49,086 nucleotides of DNA. It comes from an uncultured Gammaproteobacteria bacterium. Lineage in GTDB: Bacteria; Patescibacteriota; Patescibacteriia; UBA1558; 2-01-FULL-52-15. Shown in pieces: positions 48,128 through 49,086 of the stretch (its first letter is position 1; each line of letters starts with the position of its first letter). Below the pieces are notes generated by a model. That model saw only the letters and a list, made by a program, of their open reading frames with translations, made no database searches and was not told where the DNA came from. Location of the stretch: contig CAYTUI010000003.1 of NCBI GenBank assembly GCA_964441335.1, positions 1 to 49,086 of the forward strand, in the 5' to 3' direction. The translations under genes were made by a program, and so were the position numbers.

Positions 48128-49085
48128 TATTTTCTACAATCATATAAATATTTGCCATTGGTCCGCGATGTATTAAGCGAAAATCAGTATCATTGCTTAA
48201 CAAGCTGGTAAATAGCAGATGATCCTTGCTGACTAGAATATAGCGGGTTTTAAAATCAGCTTCAATACGTTCAGCTAGATTGGTCGTTAGACGTCCCTGT
48301 GTTATATCAGCGTATAAATTATACAGCTCTGGGCTATAAAGATACATAAAAGTCGGGTCCAAACCCACAATATAGTAATTGTCTGCGTTATAATTAAAAA
48401 GCATCGGCCACTCATCCCAATCGCTATGTAGAACTATTTCACCATGAGGTATATTGGACGACAGCCAACTGGCTTCCTCTTGATACGCATCAATAGCCGG
48501 CCCTAAAATTAATTTATAGCGGACTGTCTGCAAATCCCTAACAAATAAATAGCTAATTACCGGGGTTAGAGCAACTATCATAATAATGACGCAATATTTT
48601 AAAAATTTGTCAGCCCTACCCCGTTGCCTGACCAAATTATCACCAATGCCTTTCCAGCTCCATTTGGGAAATGACTGCCAGGCAATGGTCGCAGCCGCAA
48701 GAACAATTAACGGCGCTGACAATTCTACATACCTCTGCGACTTAAGAACTAAAATACTAGAAATTACTGCGAAAGATAAATATAGCCAGCTGTCAGTTTG
48801 CCACCGCTTAAAATATTTGACAGACGAAAGTAACACAATGGCCAAAATGGCCGGACCATAACCATGCGCCGGCATAAAGTCCTGCCAGGGCAGGCCTGAC
48901 CATTCTCCACCGACATTAACCAAGCCGGCATAATTTTTCAAACCGATCTCCACTACCTGCTGCCAATAAAAAAGTATATTATGCGGCCAATAAGGATTAA
49001 TAATCAATCCCAACACCGCCCCCAGTAATGAGGCGCCAAATAAAACCGAACCCCGCTCTTTATTATGTGCTCGGAAAAAAATATA
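48117..49085 (-). CDS. Multi-pass membrane protein, probable GT-C (5'-truncated by window edge)
   Basis: INPY, GGEW, SQRY, WDEWP and GLDPTF motifs; frame is open to the window end. Confidence 0.7.
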   Translation of the reverse strand, partial: YIFFRAHNKERGSVLFGASLLGAVLGLIINPYWPHNILFYWQQVVEIGLKNYAGLVNVGGEWSGLPWQDFMPAHGYGPAILAIVLLSSVKYFKRWQTDSWLYLSFAVISSILVLKSQRYVELSAPLIVLAAATIAWQSFPKWSWKGIGDNLVRQRGRADKFLKYCVIIMIVALTPVISYLFVRDLQTVRYKLILGPAIDAYQEEASWLSSNIPHGEIVLHSDWDEWPMLFNYNADNYYIVGLDPTFMYLYSPELYNLYADITQGRLTTNLAERIEADFKTRYILVSKDHLLFTSLLSNDTDFRLIHRGPMANIYMIVENNGQ

Positions 49086-49086
49086 C

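Noticed and set aside
1-49086. Recoded TGA (genetic code 25)
   Set aside because: Long conserved genes are uninterrupted under code 11 and several end in TGA with ATGA/GTGA overlaps

Overview
This is a chromosomal window from an AT-rich bacterium using genetic code 11. The gene set (rpoBC, ftsK-HTH-recA, a type IV pilus cluster, five tandem VirB2/TrbC-like pilins, GT-C membrane glycosyltransferases, many SD-less starts) points to a Patescibacteria/CPR organism; that assignment is inference. Housekeeping and envelope genes are interrupted by accessory patches. Three features stand out. (1) Two tRNA loci (Ser-CGA, Pro-CGG) each show a truncated 5' tRNA piece, interrupted by a twin-hairpin insert and followed by a complete, sequence-divergent tRNA of the same amino-acid class; a small GIY-YIG nuclease gene sits inside the Ser unit. 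(2) Two tandem cassettes of small GC-richer membrane-protein ORFans are each bracketed by a boxA-like leader and 19-nt inverted repeats that would pair the mRNA ends. (3) A promoter-to-terminator ~74-nt small RNA faces a NYN/LabA ribonuclease gene and sits at the breakpoint of a truncated Doc toxin. Also present: a type IIG restriction-modification enzyme plus an RxxxxH (HEPN-like) protein after tRNA-Pro, a two-gene insert flanked by 82-bp direct repeats, and several families of nested palindromic repeats. All calls come from reading the sequence and ORF track; no database searches were run.
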